This document shows, piece by piece, positions 50,809-64,000 of a DNA stretch of 64,000 nucleotides (the stretch's first letter is position 1; each line of letters begins with the position of its first letter). The stretch is from Auanema rhodensis. Its lineage: Eukaryota; Animalia; Nematoda. Position numbers and translations under genes: made by a program. Where the stretch lies: the NCBI GenBank assembly GCA_964057225.1, contig OZ059898.1, positions 4,774,001 through 4,838,000 on the forward strand. Direction: 5' to 3'. Below the pieces are notes generated by a model, which saw nothing but the letters and a program-made list of their open reading frames with translations, did no database searches and was not told the origin of the DNA.

Positions 50809-52180
50809 ATGGGGATGGAGATAGTTCAAGTGATGATGATTTTTATCAGAACTTAACAAAAAATATGAAAAGAAAATTAACCGATGGTTTTTCAATTAAC
50901 GATCAAACAACTACTGAAGATGATGATGCTATACAGATTATATCTTCTGGTTGTAAGTTGTTGTTTCTTTATTGTTTCTATATCTGTAATAGCAGCAGTT
51001 CCACCACCAAAAAGAAATAAAACTGAAGTTGTGGATGAAGAAGATTCTGACGACGATATTATGGTGTATGGAACCCCGAGTGTTCAAGAAATCGTTTGTG
51101 CATAACAGAGGAACAAAATATAAATCTTAAAATATAGATTGAAAAACGATCAAGAATGTTACGGCGTGAGGAAAAAATGAAAGAAGCACATGAAGAAGAA
51201 GGTACAATAGCTTATAAAAGTTTCTGTTGACTGTTATAATTTGAGAAAAAAATGCTAAGAAATCGGCATCAGTTACGTTATCATCTATATCTGACCCCAA
51301 ATTTCAAGAAGCAGAGACCCGCTTAAAGTTTGATACACATTTTAAATACAAATTGATAACATTTAGCTATGTAATAGGGAGTTAGCAGAATTAGAAGCAG
51401 CTTCTAAACACCGTTCTAACTATAAACTTGATATTAGCCTTGACTCATCTAATAATAGATCACTGACAGAGGTTTGCAAATTTATCAGTTTGATAATGTT
51501 CTTTTTTTTGGGATTATTATGAAGAACCTGATTCTGTTAACTTCTTGATTAAAGATCTTGAACATGCCTCGGAAACATCAGTGTGCCGACCGTGGAAAAA
51601 TGTAGGTAGGAATTTGATATAAGTTTTATGTTTTGAGGTTTAGACACAAGAAATTGCTTTATTGAGAAGGGAATATGCTAATACATGGAATTGCCATCCT
51701 AAAGAGATTGTAATAACTTGGGATAAGAGAACGCTTCAAGATTCAGATACTCCACTATCACTGGAAATGTCGAATGATGTGAATGTAACACGACCAATGG
51801 TTTATGCAAATTGAATTTCAGATTCAAATTATCAACGTGTTTCGAGTAGTAACAGAAAAAACGAAAGATCCTAACATAATAACAATCAAATGTTTACAGG
51901 CAGATAAAAGAGCCGTTCTCGTAAGTATATCAAAGGTAAATCTCTTTTATTTGTCCTCTCACACTTCTGTTCTTTAAGATCTCGAAATTTTCTGAAATCA
52001 AGAAGGCTATAGCTACTAAACTGAAGCTGGAATGTGTAACTAAACTAGTTTTCGATTCAGAACAGGTATGTTTACTGTATTATTATTTTGAAAAATGTAT
52101 CTTTGTTTTAGCTCAGCGATAATGATACTCCTGCTGATTTAGATATGGAAGATGAAGATTGTATCGAAATATACTCATAA
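50809..52180 (+). CDS. Protein with acidic N-terminus and two C-terminal SUMO-like domains (Rad60/Esc2/NFATC2IP-like)
   Basis: Acidic N-terminus with SIM-like DDDAIQII and DDDIMV; SLD1 LQDSDTPLSLEM; SLD2 ending LSDNDTPADLDMEDEDCIEIYS* with no C-terminal diglycine. One junction (~51472-51524) is ambiguous. Confidence 0.7.
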
Positions 52181-52336
52181 CTGTTTTTTAATTTATTCTT
52201 TTAACTTATTAATTATCAAATAAAACCTCACATACTTTATTTTTACATTTACATAATCAGTAAATACTGTACAATTCATATTTTCGTTATAATAGGTTTT
52301 AAATCGTACAACAATATCTTTAGCACAAGTATTAGA

Positions 52337-53295
52337 ATGTCAAGATATCTTCTTAGAATTAAATGTAAATCTTCGGCTTGCTATTTCTCAAATGCCAATC
52401 CGAACATTGATCATTACGCCGTATTAGGTTTGAAACCTGAAGCTTCTTCCAAAGTTAATATTTAAAAATATATTATTTTCAACTATTAATTTACAGGATA
52501 TTAAATCTGCATATTATAAACTTTCTAAACTTCATCATCCTGATACCAATCCTGATAATAAAGACAATGCAGCAATTAAATTTCACCAAGTTTCATTTTA
52601 TTTTATATATGTGCATAAAAAGTTTAAAAAAACAGGTTTCGCAAGCTTATGAAGTACTAGGATCACAAGAGCAGAGAAAAATCTATGACATGAGTAGGAT
52701 GACGAGACCAATGGATACCAGGTTCATAACAAATATTGTTTAAGTAATCTAAATTTTCTGTTTAAGTTCCCCTTTTCGTAGAACACCTCAAACACCGACG
52801 AAACACTACACCGATATTGATATTGATTACAAAACCTTTGAACAGTTTCAAAGAAATACTAGGTCAGAATGCTTTACTTGCAAAGAAAGAAAGTTTCTCA
52901 AAATATTTTAGGAGACGAAGACAATTTCATTCCCATTTTGAGATGCCGGAAGAGTTTTATGCAGAGTTTGGTGGCCGTGAAAGAGTATACAGAAGCGAGT
53001 ATGACGAAGCCACAGCTCGAAGTTCTGCAATGTATAAAGATAGTCGTGCAAGAATAAGAGAGCAAGAGGAGCTTCAAAGAGAAATAGAAAGGGAAAAGGT
53101 TACCTTAGTATACATACAACATCACTGCTATACTATTTATAGGAACGATTACAATCTAAATATCCTATTCCTACATTTGAAAAGCTTTTACAGGAAAAAA
53201 GAGCCAAAGAACAAGCAGAACAGAAAAAGTATATTTTGGGAATGCTAGGATTTGCTAGCGGAGGAATGCTTTTATTTCTCTTGATCAAAAATTAA
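52337..53295 (+). CDS. DnaJ-domain protein with presequence-like N-terminus and C-terminal TM (DNAJC30-like)
   Basis: DHYAVLGLKPEASSKDIKSAYYKLSKLHHPDTNP...FHQVSQAYEVLG; hydrophobic C-terminus YILGMLGFASGGMLLFLLIKN*; five ~45-nt introns. Confidence 0.85.
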
Positions 53296-53460
53296 AAAAT
53301 AGCTTGTATAGATGAATAGTTAGTCAATAAAAGAGGTTCTATCAAAATACCTGTTTTCCTGTCAATTATAGTGAACCGATAAATACTATCATATATAGCA
53401 TATATAGTCTATCAAGCTGGACAAACACGAAACAATACATATTCACTTCCTTAGGCCGAG

Positions 53461-53467
53461 TATATAA
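53461..53467 (+). promoter_or_regulatory. TATA box of the MIG-18-like gene
   Basis: GTATATAAGG 44 nt upstream of ATG 53505, downstream of the DnaJ gene AATAAA (~53326). Confidence 0.6.
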
Positions 53468-53504
53468 GGGTAATCTTCTTGCATTATATCATCACCCCGT
53501 TTAG

Positions 53505-54720
53505 ATGATTTGTAAAGCTTCAATCCTACTTCTACTCTCTGCTTCATGTATATATGCATCTATTTATGATAGAAACTTTACAACTTCGTATGTTTTGAAA
53601 AAGAAATGGGTTCAAAACTTTATCAAATTTGAGTACGCCTTTGAAGGTAAAAAGGCAAGAATTTCACCCATAGGTTTGTCGTTTAGTAATTATATATTTC
53701 ATCATATTATTGAATTTCAGGCTGTGTTCCATCAAATACTGACAATGGTGAAGTTCTAGCAGCAGGTGAGCAGTTCCGTGGGCATGATTTCGTATTCGCC
53801 TGTGCCGAAGGAGAAGATGGCGTTCTGAACTATGAGGCTATTGGTAAGTAAAACTGCTAGTTTGAGTCGTTACATATGAGTTAAGCATGTGTTGATGCCT
53901 TTGGAAGTCAAATGGCCATTGGCGAAACCCGAAGACTCAGCAATGGTACTGCTGTTATGCACTGTAATATGTTCGGTGGAGCTTTGAAGAAAGTGGTAGA
54001 AAGAGCTGCTGGATGTTATTTTAATGAAACTATTTATGGTGAAGATCAACAGTGGGTTGAACCTGCTGTCAACTATTTAAGAAAGAAAGCTTCCCGAGTG
54101 AGAAAACATTATTTTTTCGAAGAAATCAACATTCTATTCTAGCCTGCACTCAATGAAAATATTGGAGATATTCTTACTGGAAGGCTTATGCAGTGCTTCC
54201 GTCCACACTTCAGCTATTATGAAAGTCATGTTATTGGATGTGTGGTTGATAGATTAGGCATTCGCATTGGCGAATATGCAGAATTTGAAGGGGGATTCGT
54301 TAAATGTGTTGAGAATGAATTAGGACAAGTAACCATTGAACAAGCTCAAGTTGAACGTAAGCAAACTTGCAATTTAAAGTTATATTTATAATATTGAAGA
54401 ATTATCATGTGAAATGGATGGTAATAGTTTCAACCACGATTCTTCCTGGAATGATACTAAGAGATCAGCTGAAATGCTTTGTAATTATGGTCATGTAATC
54501 AAAACAGGTATGCATTGAAGTTATTACTTATATTTCTTATATTTCCTAAGGCTGTCTTATTGATAATCAACGTCTGAGTATTGGTCAAGAAGTGAAAATT
54601 TCAAATGGATGCATTTATTTATGTCATCCACAAACAAATGTCTATATATGTGATATAACATTAGGAAATTTCAATATTATTGATAATAATGTTGATATGA
54701 AGAAGCAACTTGCTATTTAA
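53505..54720 (+). CDS. Secreted Cys-rich protein with repeated MIG-18-like (fibronectin type I-like) modules
   Basis: Signal peptide MICKASILLLLSASCIYA; repeated GC/AC-x-G-E-x-F/W-x-C modules (ISPIGCVP, YEAIACVD, AAGCYFN, VIGCVVD, IKTGCLID); ends KKQLAI*. Confidence 0.7.
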
Positions 54721-55444
54721 AATACTGCATAATTTCATTAATTGCCTGTATATATTGCTTTAAAGATAAAATAAATTTTCTTCTATTATAAGTATAATAT
54801 AATAAATCAAACAACGACGAAAACAATGTTTGCATTGAAAAAGCTTGTTCATTTCTGATTGTAATTGTTTAAAATATAATAACAATAGATCATTTAATAA
54901 CGTATTTATTTTGAAAAATTTGATTGGACATTGACAAACAGGTGGCAGTAATCTCAGGATTAAAGCAAATAGAGTTACAATAATGCTGAATGAAATTATG
55001 GCAAGTATTGGTAAATTTTGGGTCTGAGAACACGTTATTCAGATAAGGCACATTGATCATAGATATAATTCCACTAACATTCTTATTACCTATTATCACA
55101 ATGATATTAATGGAAATAATCAAATAGAACAAATTAATCAATCTGGGATCTGAATTGAGAAAAAACATTGTGATAAAGACTAGATTTTAAGATAATAATT
55201 ATTAAAAATTCTTTTTTTTTATCTTACGAATAACAAAATGCAACTAAAAAACTATATATAGAAAGTTCAATATCAAAAAATGCTCAAGAAATAGATCACC
55301 ATAAAAAAAATTAATCAATGAAGTAGGGTGGGAACTATTTTTGAGGATATAGTGTTAAATCTATGTGCTCCCAATTTAAACTATGAAGATTTTAATACTA
55401 TATGAAAATTAAAATATAATAAATTTTTTTACAATATAATTATT

Positions 55445-58400
55445 TTATAACATAGCTCCATGATTATTGGGGTTATAACTGTCTTTTGGAGCATACCGAG
55501 TTTGCGTGTCGGCATAGTGAGCACTAGGATCTTGATGAGCTGTTCGTTCAGCATGTTCAGCATGTGGACGATTTCTTTTGAAGAATCCGCACTAAAAGAA
55601 AATATTAAAATGTTTAATTCCAAAAAAATAAAATAATAATGAATGCTCAAACTTACTCTCCAAAGTAGTAGGATGAGCAGAGCTAAGATCACTAATCCAA
55701 TGAGAATAGCCATGAGATATAACCACCACGGTACCCCAGCTCCGGAACTATCATCATCTACTGCATTTAAGACAGTTGTAACCTTAAATACATATTTATA
55801 TAAAAAACATATTCATAGATAAACTAACAGCTGTGATCAAGGTTGGCTTATGTGGCCAATTGTATTTGGTCGATGTAACTCGAGCAAGAGCTAATGAAGA
55901 TATTTCTCCACCAGTATTACGTTCATCAACCAAAGTGTTGGTATACAAACGAGCAAAAACCTTAAAATAATAATGTTTCAACGTATATATTTGAATTGTA
56001 ATCACTTCAACAAGAACGTATTCATTTTCTCGAATATCATAGAGATCGCATTCAATATGAGTACAACGAAGAGAATTGCAGTCAACAGTTGCACGACTTA
56101 GAACTCCCTTGTAATCCACTGATCCTCCACCTTCTTTGGATTCACGAACAGCAGCTCTCAAATCGGAGAATCGAGCTCGTTCTAAAGTTGTTAAGATAAT
56201 ATAAATAAGTTTAAAATAAATACCTCCTCGGTCCAACTTGATACCCGTTTTCTTGCCCTTTCGACGTTGGTTTTGCCCAGACTGTCGTTTGATTCTCTTC
56301 TCACGATCATAATCGTCATCTCCTCCATCGTATTCTTCATCAGGAATATATTCATACTCAGCTGGTTTATGTTCTTTTTCTTCATAAGTAAAGTGAGATT
56401 CACCAATTTCATCATCGTTTACGGGCTGAAACATCTGCAGTTTAACAAGAAATATGAAATGTACTACACCTGATGATCATCATCTTCATGTGAAACATAG
56501 TCATCACCACTATCATGAACATCTTCAGCATTGTTAACTGGAGTTGGTGGATCAGTTGGAACATGTTCATTGGTAACCTGAAAAATATTAAGATTTAATA
56601 AACAATTATATACTCTTTATGAAGTACTCTGAGATTTTCAGGATTAATATTCTGCATTTGACGAACACGGCATCGTCCCTTTGATGGATCCGAGATAACT
56701 GGTTCTACGATTAAATACAAAAGATGTCCACCATTAACAGAAAATGATGGCCAGAAAATATCCAAAGTAGCAGAGTCAATGTCAGATGGTCCTCTATTAG
56801 AAACCTGATACAAGTGACTAACAACAGGTCCAATCTCTTTGTCGTAGAAAGTTTCAGGTCCAGTTTTGTTCCTAATAAGATCAATAAAATTAAAGAAAAA
56901 TCAAAAAAAAAGTTTACTTGGTACTGAAATCAAGTTGTTCAGGATTTGAACGACCATTGAGATTCAACTGATTTTTGAAATCAACAGGAATTTCAAAAGT
57001 GACCTTATTATCTTGATCAGCTCCGACTTCTTCATCATTGGTACTGAAAGTAAAAATTATAAATATATAATAATAAATTCCGATTCATACCTATTGACAT
57101 GAGCATTGATCTTAATAGGCTTCAATGGTGGTTTATCCTCATTAGCCTTTAAACGAACAATAGTATTAACAACTTTTCCAGCAGGAAGAGGATTTCCCAG
57201 TTCGCAAGCAAATTCCCAGTTTCCTTCCTCATTTGGTTCTTCAGAAGTTGGGGAACAGATAGGTGTAACCTTAAAGTAACATATAGAAACCTTCATATGA
57301 TATATAGTTTATATGATACCTTCTTATCATCAGATTCAACTCCTCCATATTCAAAGCCTTCAGGAACATCAAAGAATAGCTTAGTTTCATAAGAATCTTC
57401 TCCACTATTACGAACAGTTACGTTAATGAGCATTGTGTTATCCTTTGTTCCAAGTAAAAATTTATCACGATCGCTGTATAAATATAAATTTTAAAAATAC
57501 TTCAAAATATGCTTACGCTTTAGCAATAACTTTAAGATCAGGAACACAAAGATCATCTTTTCCACAGTTGTTAGCAATATTGATCTAAATACATGAATAT
57601 TTATTATTATATTGTTTATATTAATATTATTACCTTATTCTCTAATGTTAATGGAACTGTTGTATCAATAGCTGGTTCAAGCTTATCTCCACGAAGTTTT
57701 CCAGTTTTTGATTCAACATAGGTATAGTTAACAGACCAGTGAATTGGAGATAACTTATCCCTAAAAATCAACAAATTAGATTCTACAAAGAAATGTTTAA
57801 TATTTACTTCATAGTACTGGAAGCAAAGAAACGCTGTTGGAAACATTTCTGGCGATTCTTCTCTAAGCGAACTCTGCGCTCAATGATGTTGGGATGATCC
57901 TTAGTTTTAGAAGCCTTTGATACAGTGACATCTCTATCTCCACGCTGTAATATTTTCCATATAAATGAAATAAATGAGATAAAAGCTTACAATATCTTTC
58001 TGGAGGAAATATGCTCGAGGTTCGGGAGAATGATCGTCCAAGTTATAGTTAAGGATAAACTCTAAGTCAGATGGGGTATCACCTTTGCCTTCGTAACGCA
58101 AGCATGTTTTGATAGTACGGCTGAAGAAAAACTTATAACTACTCAAACAATTCAACTGAATGTATACCAAGTTTGTTTTCCAAGTTTAGCATCAACGTCG
58201 CAATTCAACTCTTCAACATTGATGATATGAGAATCAGCTTCAGTCTGTCCAGTAACAGTTACAACTGGTTTACTCAATAAAACTGCGGCATGTCCACTCT
58301 TCCATCCTCCAACAGCAATATCTGAATATTACATTTGTTAATTAATATAAATCAGGTATTTAAACCGGGAATTCCGTTAGCGTCAACATCAACTCCTCCA

Positions 58401-61400
58401 GCAAGTGAAAACCCAAAAGTTCTAATGTTTTGTCCAATATGATGAGCTTGAATCTTTTGAGTATATTTTTCACGAAGACCATTTTTGGATCCATGAAGAA
58501 CATATACAGTTCCTTTTTTGTTTTCTCCGGAATATGGAGCACCAACAATGATATCTGAAAAAAAGGAAATTTGTTTCAAATGTCAAGTATTAATTGTTTT
58601 TACCATTATATCCATCTTGATTTAAATCACCAGCAAGAGCTAAAGAGTAACCAAAACGTCCATATTGATCTTCACCAACAACGACTTGTGGTTTACTGAA
58701 AACTCCCTAAAAATATATATTTCATAGTATTGAATAAATGTTTTTAAAAATGAAATCTTACAGCAGCAGTTTGTAGGTAAACCAAAATTTTTCCAACATC
58801 ATACTGTGGCTTTCTTTCTTGGGTTTTAGAGTCAACAACAGTAACATAATCAGTATAAAATGGACATCCAGTAATAATATCATCACGACTATAAGATAAT
58901 TAATAAATATTATAATTAAACATTTAAATAAGAATAATTAAATAAATTATTACATACCCATCTTTGTTTATATCAGCAACAATGATGGAGCTTCCACAAT
59001 ATTGTCCTGGTTGAGCGCTAACGGTATCAGTTAAGTTAACAATACGTTTTAAGCTTGAAGTATATAAAACTAGCTGAAAATATTTTAATTATGTCAAAGT
59101 TTGGTTAATAGAAGGAAATGTAATATTACTTTTCCTGCTAAATCATCTCCACGTGGTAATCCAGCTGCAACATCATCAATACCGTCACCATCCAAATCAC
59201 CAGCAGCTGTAGCATATCCTGAAAAAAAGATTTGAAAGCTTGTCGAAAGACTTCTTATATCCTACCCATCATATCATGATCATACTTCTTTTCGTGAGCA
59301 TAATCAGTATTTGGTCTGTCAGTAAAGTTTTTCAAATTCTGACTGAAAATAGCTCCCTGCCAGTACCAGACACCAGGAGCTCCGATGAAAACCTAATGAT
59401 GAAAGAATTAAATATTTTCAAACTTTTATTGTGCTTACTCTTTCGTCTCCTTTGTTCATCTTATCTGGAATTGCAGCTGAAAATCCACATTGACCATATC
59501 CCAAACGATGACGACCATGGCGAGCAGCTGAAGAATATTGTATAACAAATAGAAAAAACATAGATTTCGGATATACAGGATGATACAACTTACGTTCTTG
59601 TTTGCATGCTGGGAATTCTTCAGTCTTGCTAAAACCATTTTCAGCATAAAAGCATGTTCCAACTGGTTCAATAACTTCAAACTTCGAGAAGAAATATTTG
59701 TATTTTGGAGCACACATCTATTAAAATTATTTATAAAAAATGTTTTTAGATAATTATATAACAATACCATTAAACGATCATGTTTGTTATTGGAACGAAT
59801 AGTTCCACCAAAGAATTGATGTGACTTATCTTCAATAGGTGCCAATACGGATCCATTCAATCTCTTCTCATTTCCCTCTAAAATATGAAGAATATTCATT
59901 TTTCTTGTGAAAATAAAACAAGAATATACAAGAATGATCCCTTGTAATCGTTATTTCGTTCTATTTTACTGTCTTTCAAGAAAGAGAAGGATGAGTCATG
60001 AAAAGCAAGCATATCTTCTATTCACTTACTTATTCAACATCGCGTGCTTATTCAGGCCTTATGCCTAATATGGGAAAATTATCTTCTTCGTTTTGAACAT
60101 ACGAACAGCTTTTGTTCAGAATAGTTTAAAGTTTACGTTTGAATAATATCTTTGAACAAATCACATTTTCCTTTTTCAAATCACCATTTTAAGTGATTTC
60201 ATTAACATATGTATGTGTGTCTTTAACTATCAGAATAATTTAAAGAAAAAAAAAGAGGAAGAATTCATTTCAACTTACGTTTCTGATCAACATGTACTTC
60301 ACGGCATGTTGGACGATTTACAGAACACACGTATACAGCACCAGGTCTTCTTATTCCTTTCAAGTTAGGATTTGTTGTTTCTGATTCTGGGGCTCCAACA
60401 ACTAGCCTATAATACAAATACATGTATAATATGTATTTAATTAATTTTTGATATTAAAGTAATGTAATTTTCAATGATATCAATCAATATTCGTCCCTAA
60501 GACATCATATTCTATGCCGTCTAAATACTTCTTCATCTATCCCTTGGCAGCCGTTTATCCTGATCAAAGCCCTCTCCTCTTCTTTCTTCTCCTCCTCCTC
60601 ACTTAGTTGTAATAATTTGCTTTCAACTTCCAAGCCTCTCTCTCTCTCTTCTATACTTTATATTTTCAAGTCTTTTATTTTTGTAATATATCCCTATTTC
60701 TCTTCTCATTCCTTAATATTATCCGCCCTCCCATCTCAGTGCTTCTTGAACCCGTTCATTTGTTTATTACAGATAGAACTGATTGTAGGTAGCTACCATA
60801 TTTGGAAATGTTTAATTATTTACAAATTATTCAATCAAAATACAAATTTTCCTTTACTTTTTACAATTTAATCAAAGAAATAACAGTGAGACAACTGTTT
60901 TTGTTTCTGAAGAAGAGCTGACAGCAGAAACCATTGAGTGACCTGAGTAATAGGTCGGCAACTTGTGTTCCTCTGACAGACATGGTTTGGAGTCGGATTG
61001 TATTTGGCAAGTGTAAGAGTAGAATAAAAGACTATCGAATGTGTATATTGAAAGAAGAATAGATTCGAAAAAGATAAATTATCGAAAGAAAGTACGAACG
61101 GCAATTTCTAAATTTGATAAATGTACAGCAAATTTCAACAGCCATTACAATGAAAAGGCATTTACTGTAAATCTCTTTCGACTCCAAAAGATTTTTTCAA
61201 GTTGTTTAGTAATATTTAGTTATTGATTACTTACACTGGCATTCCTTTCTGTTCGTTGTAAAAATCAAGTGAATAACCAAAATATCCAGAGGACATTGTA
61301 TGAACTACAGCATTCTTGGTATCTATATTAAATGAGTTGACCAGATGGCAGCCTGCCAGCAGGCTTAGTAGTAGTAGAAGCACTGGACGATTAGTTCGTC

Positions 61401-61422
61401 CATTTGTGGTTTGCTTCATCAT
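55445..61422 (-). CDS. pat-2: Integrin alpha subunit (RGD-binding clade)
   Basis: Signal peptide then FNIDTKN; FG-GAP repeats (GYFGYSLDF, LVVGAP, GDLDGDGIDD, GDLNQDGYND, DVDANGIPD); furin-like RIKR; TM WWLYLMAILIGLVILALLILLLWR followed by CGFFKRNRP; ends NHGAML*. Confidence 0.95.
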
Positions 61423-63723
61423 CTGATGACCGGATGATTAGAATAGTTCGGAGATTGCAGACAATATGACGTCGTTGACAATATTACGAGCTACAAGTCG
61501 TGGATGATCACGTCACCAGACGTCGGCCACAGTTTGCCGTTACAGGACTCTCGAACGTGGTTTAGACTAACCTTAAGAGATTATTATGAATAGAGAGAAA
61601 TAAAGATAGAAGAATGAATAAAAATAAGTTTAAACTGAATAATTAGAATATACGTGAAAATATTTGAAGAAACGTGAAATAAAATTATTTGAAAGAGAGC
61701 AGAAATTAAAATCGGTTGAAAAAATAAAATAGAGATATATGAGAATGAGTGTAATAAATAAAAATAAAATGAGAGTAAAGAGAATAATCCAATTGAAATA
61801 ATTCATTTTTAAATAAAAGAATATATATTTTTAATATTTATAGTTAGAATAAGTGATATAAAACTAAAATATCGAGATGTTTTTTAAGCAGATAGGATAT
61901 AAAGAATGCTGTAAGAATCAATATGCTATTGCTTTCCAACTTATAATGGAAACTTGCAATATGAACAATATTTTCAGAAGGTGATAAGTCAAAAAGGAAA
62001 AAAGAATAAAATATTAGTGAAACTTTTAATAATATTAAGTTAGAGAACAGAATGTTTGAGGTCAAATACAAAGAATAGAAAACATATCGAATTTATAGGA
62101 ATAACGAATAATTAGCTAGTAAATAGTTTTAATACTACAAACAATTATAATTTTAATATTGGTAAACTGTTCAAGGTTATATATAATAATACATTTTTAA
62201 AAGTATTCTATCCATATATAGTTAAAATAAAGAAAAAAGAGAACAGAATGAGAATGATCAGTAGCATAAACATATCTACTTAATATAAACAAATGAGATA
62301 AAACTGTTTTATGAGCAGAATATGAACCAGATTCGCATACTATATCTTGTATGATTTTTGAGATTTTGTAAATATAAAAATAGGTAACAGATTGAATATA
62401 TTTTTTCAGGATAGTTTTGAAATCTAGGTTGTGTTGTATTGAGAAACAGCAGTCTCTGGTAATAGCTGCAGGAATAGACCCTCAGGGCTTCGGACTTTTG
62501 TGAATCTCAATGAAAGCAGCTAAACGGAAAGAGACTCAAGAGAAAGAAAGATAGAAATAGAAAGAAAACTTGAGAGAAAGAGGGTGAAGGTTAAGAGAGA
62601 AAGCACCGAAAGTAAGATGACGGGAACAACTAGGAGGGGATAAATGACATCTGTTCACCTTGCCATCAATTCTCTTCGAATCATATGCTATCTCATTCAT
62701 AAAATTGTCTGTTCCCTCCGGAAAATACAACTATCTTGGGATGTCCGGCAGGCTGATCCTGCCGTCCGCCCCCACAGAGACAAAACTTAGAGAAAGAACT
62801 GAGAAGATAGATATTGGCAGAGCTTATAGTTCCCAGGCTTGAAAAGTATAATATAAAATGATAAAGTAACTTCTTTATTAAATTTCTTTAAATTAAATGT
62901 TTTCAAGATAATTGATTGAAATTAAGATTCCAGATTTAATTCATTGAAATTTGATGAAAGAATTCAGAAGCCAGCGCAAAACTGACAGAAGTTTGAAGAA
63001 GTGTGTTGTCCGTTGCATTCGATGAAATGAGAGTCTATTTGAATTGCTTGTTAGAAAATAGTCAATATGAAGGCAATTTTGAAAAGAAAAGAGAAAAGTA
63101 CCAAATGTTTACCTAATAAGTCAAACGGCGACTTGAAGGTGAGAATTTCGATCTATAAGTACCTAGGATGTGATGATGAAAGAGAAAAGGATTAAGAGAA
63201 ATGAGAGATTGAGAGGATGGAAGCGATACTTGCTCTTTCAGCAATTATTTCAAGAGAGCAAAAGCTAAAAGGTAGATGTTTATCTGATATGAATAACAAA
63301 TAGAATTCGATAATCTTAATAATGAAAATAGATATATTCTTGAATAGAAATTAAACTATACTAACATATAAAACAAAAGACAGAAGCAACATGACAAATC
63401 GAGAAAACAGTTGATCAAATGTTTTTTTCAAAACGTTTTGCCACGGAAAAAAAAGATCTTGAAAAGCATGTCAGAGTTGACCCACATTTCAATTAAAGAA
63501 CATAAGACGAAATTTCAGAAAAAGAGTGAACGTGGTATGAAAAAAAAAATTGAAGAAACTTAATATAAAAAATATAAATTTAAATTCATTAATAGTTAAT
63601 GTGAAAATAGAATTATATTTATATAATAATGATTTATATTAACATACTGATATTGTATATTATATTATTTTGTATATTTTTATAATTTCTAATAAAAATA
63701 TATAAGATTTTTATAAATAAAAC

Positions 63724-63766
<43 letters not shown>

Positions 63767-64000
63767 TCAATAATACAAAAAATAAATAGTAATTGAATCG
63801 ATATAAAATAAAATTCTAAGTGAAATGATGTACATAAAAGGTAAATCGGCTTTATATGTGATTGAAAGTAATAAAAGAAAGCTAGTAGGACGAATACAGT
63901 ATTATTATCCAAATATGTTCAATCTTTTCAAAATTAAAAAGAAAAAAAGAAATAAATGAACATGAAAGTACTAGTAGGTTAGTAGATGTATTTAAACGAT

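Noticed and set aside
57936-57944. RGD tripeptide inside the PAT-2 ectodomain
   Set aside because: Three-residue match in a variable region; expected by chance.

Overview
Eukaryotic, AT-rich nematode DNA (proteins closest to C. elegans-type clade V sequences; species not determinable from sequence alone). 1-6625 is the 3' part of an apparently intact BEL/Pao (Belpaoviridae) LTR retroelement: one open polyprotein RT-RNaseH-integrase-Gn-Gc (phlebovirus-like class II envelope) plus an unexplained ~248-aa module behind a third signal-like sequence, then a ~449-bp 3' LTR. The LTR abuts a ~20-copy 200-bp tandem array (6626-10659) with internal higher-order structure. The rest is host genes: cnt-2/AGAP ArfGAP (minus, ~23 kb, kb-scale introns, alternative first exons); a minus-strand operon-like cluster NOP14 > cgh-1 > orc-1 > EMG1; a divergent plus-strand pair (two-SUMO-like-domain protein, DnaJ protein); a secreted Cys-rich MIG-18-like protein; and integrin alpha pat-2 (minus). 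Most introns are 40-50 nt with unusually relaxed splice sites, including many AAG acceptors. Best novelty candidates: the enveloped belpaovirus with an extra post-Gc product, and its insertion into a structured satellite. Exon coordinates were read by eye and may be off by a few nt.
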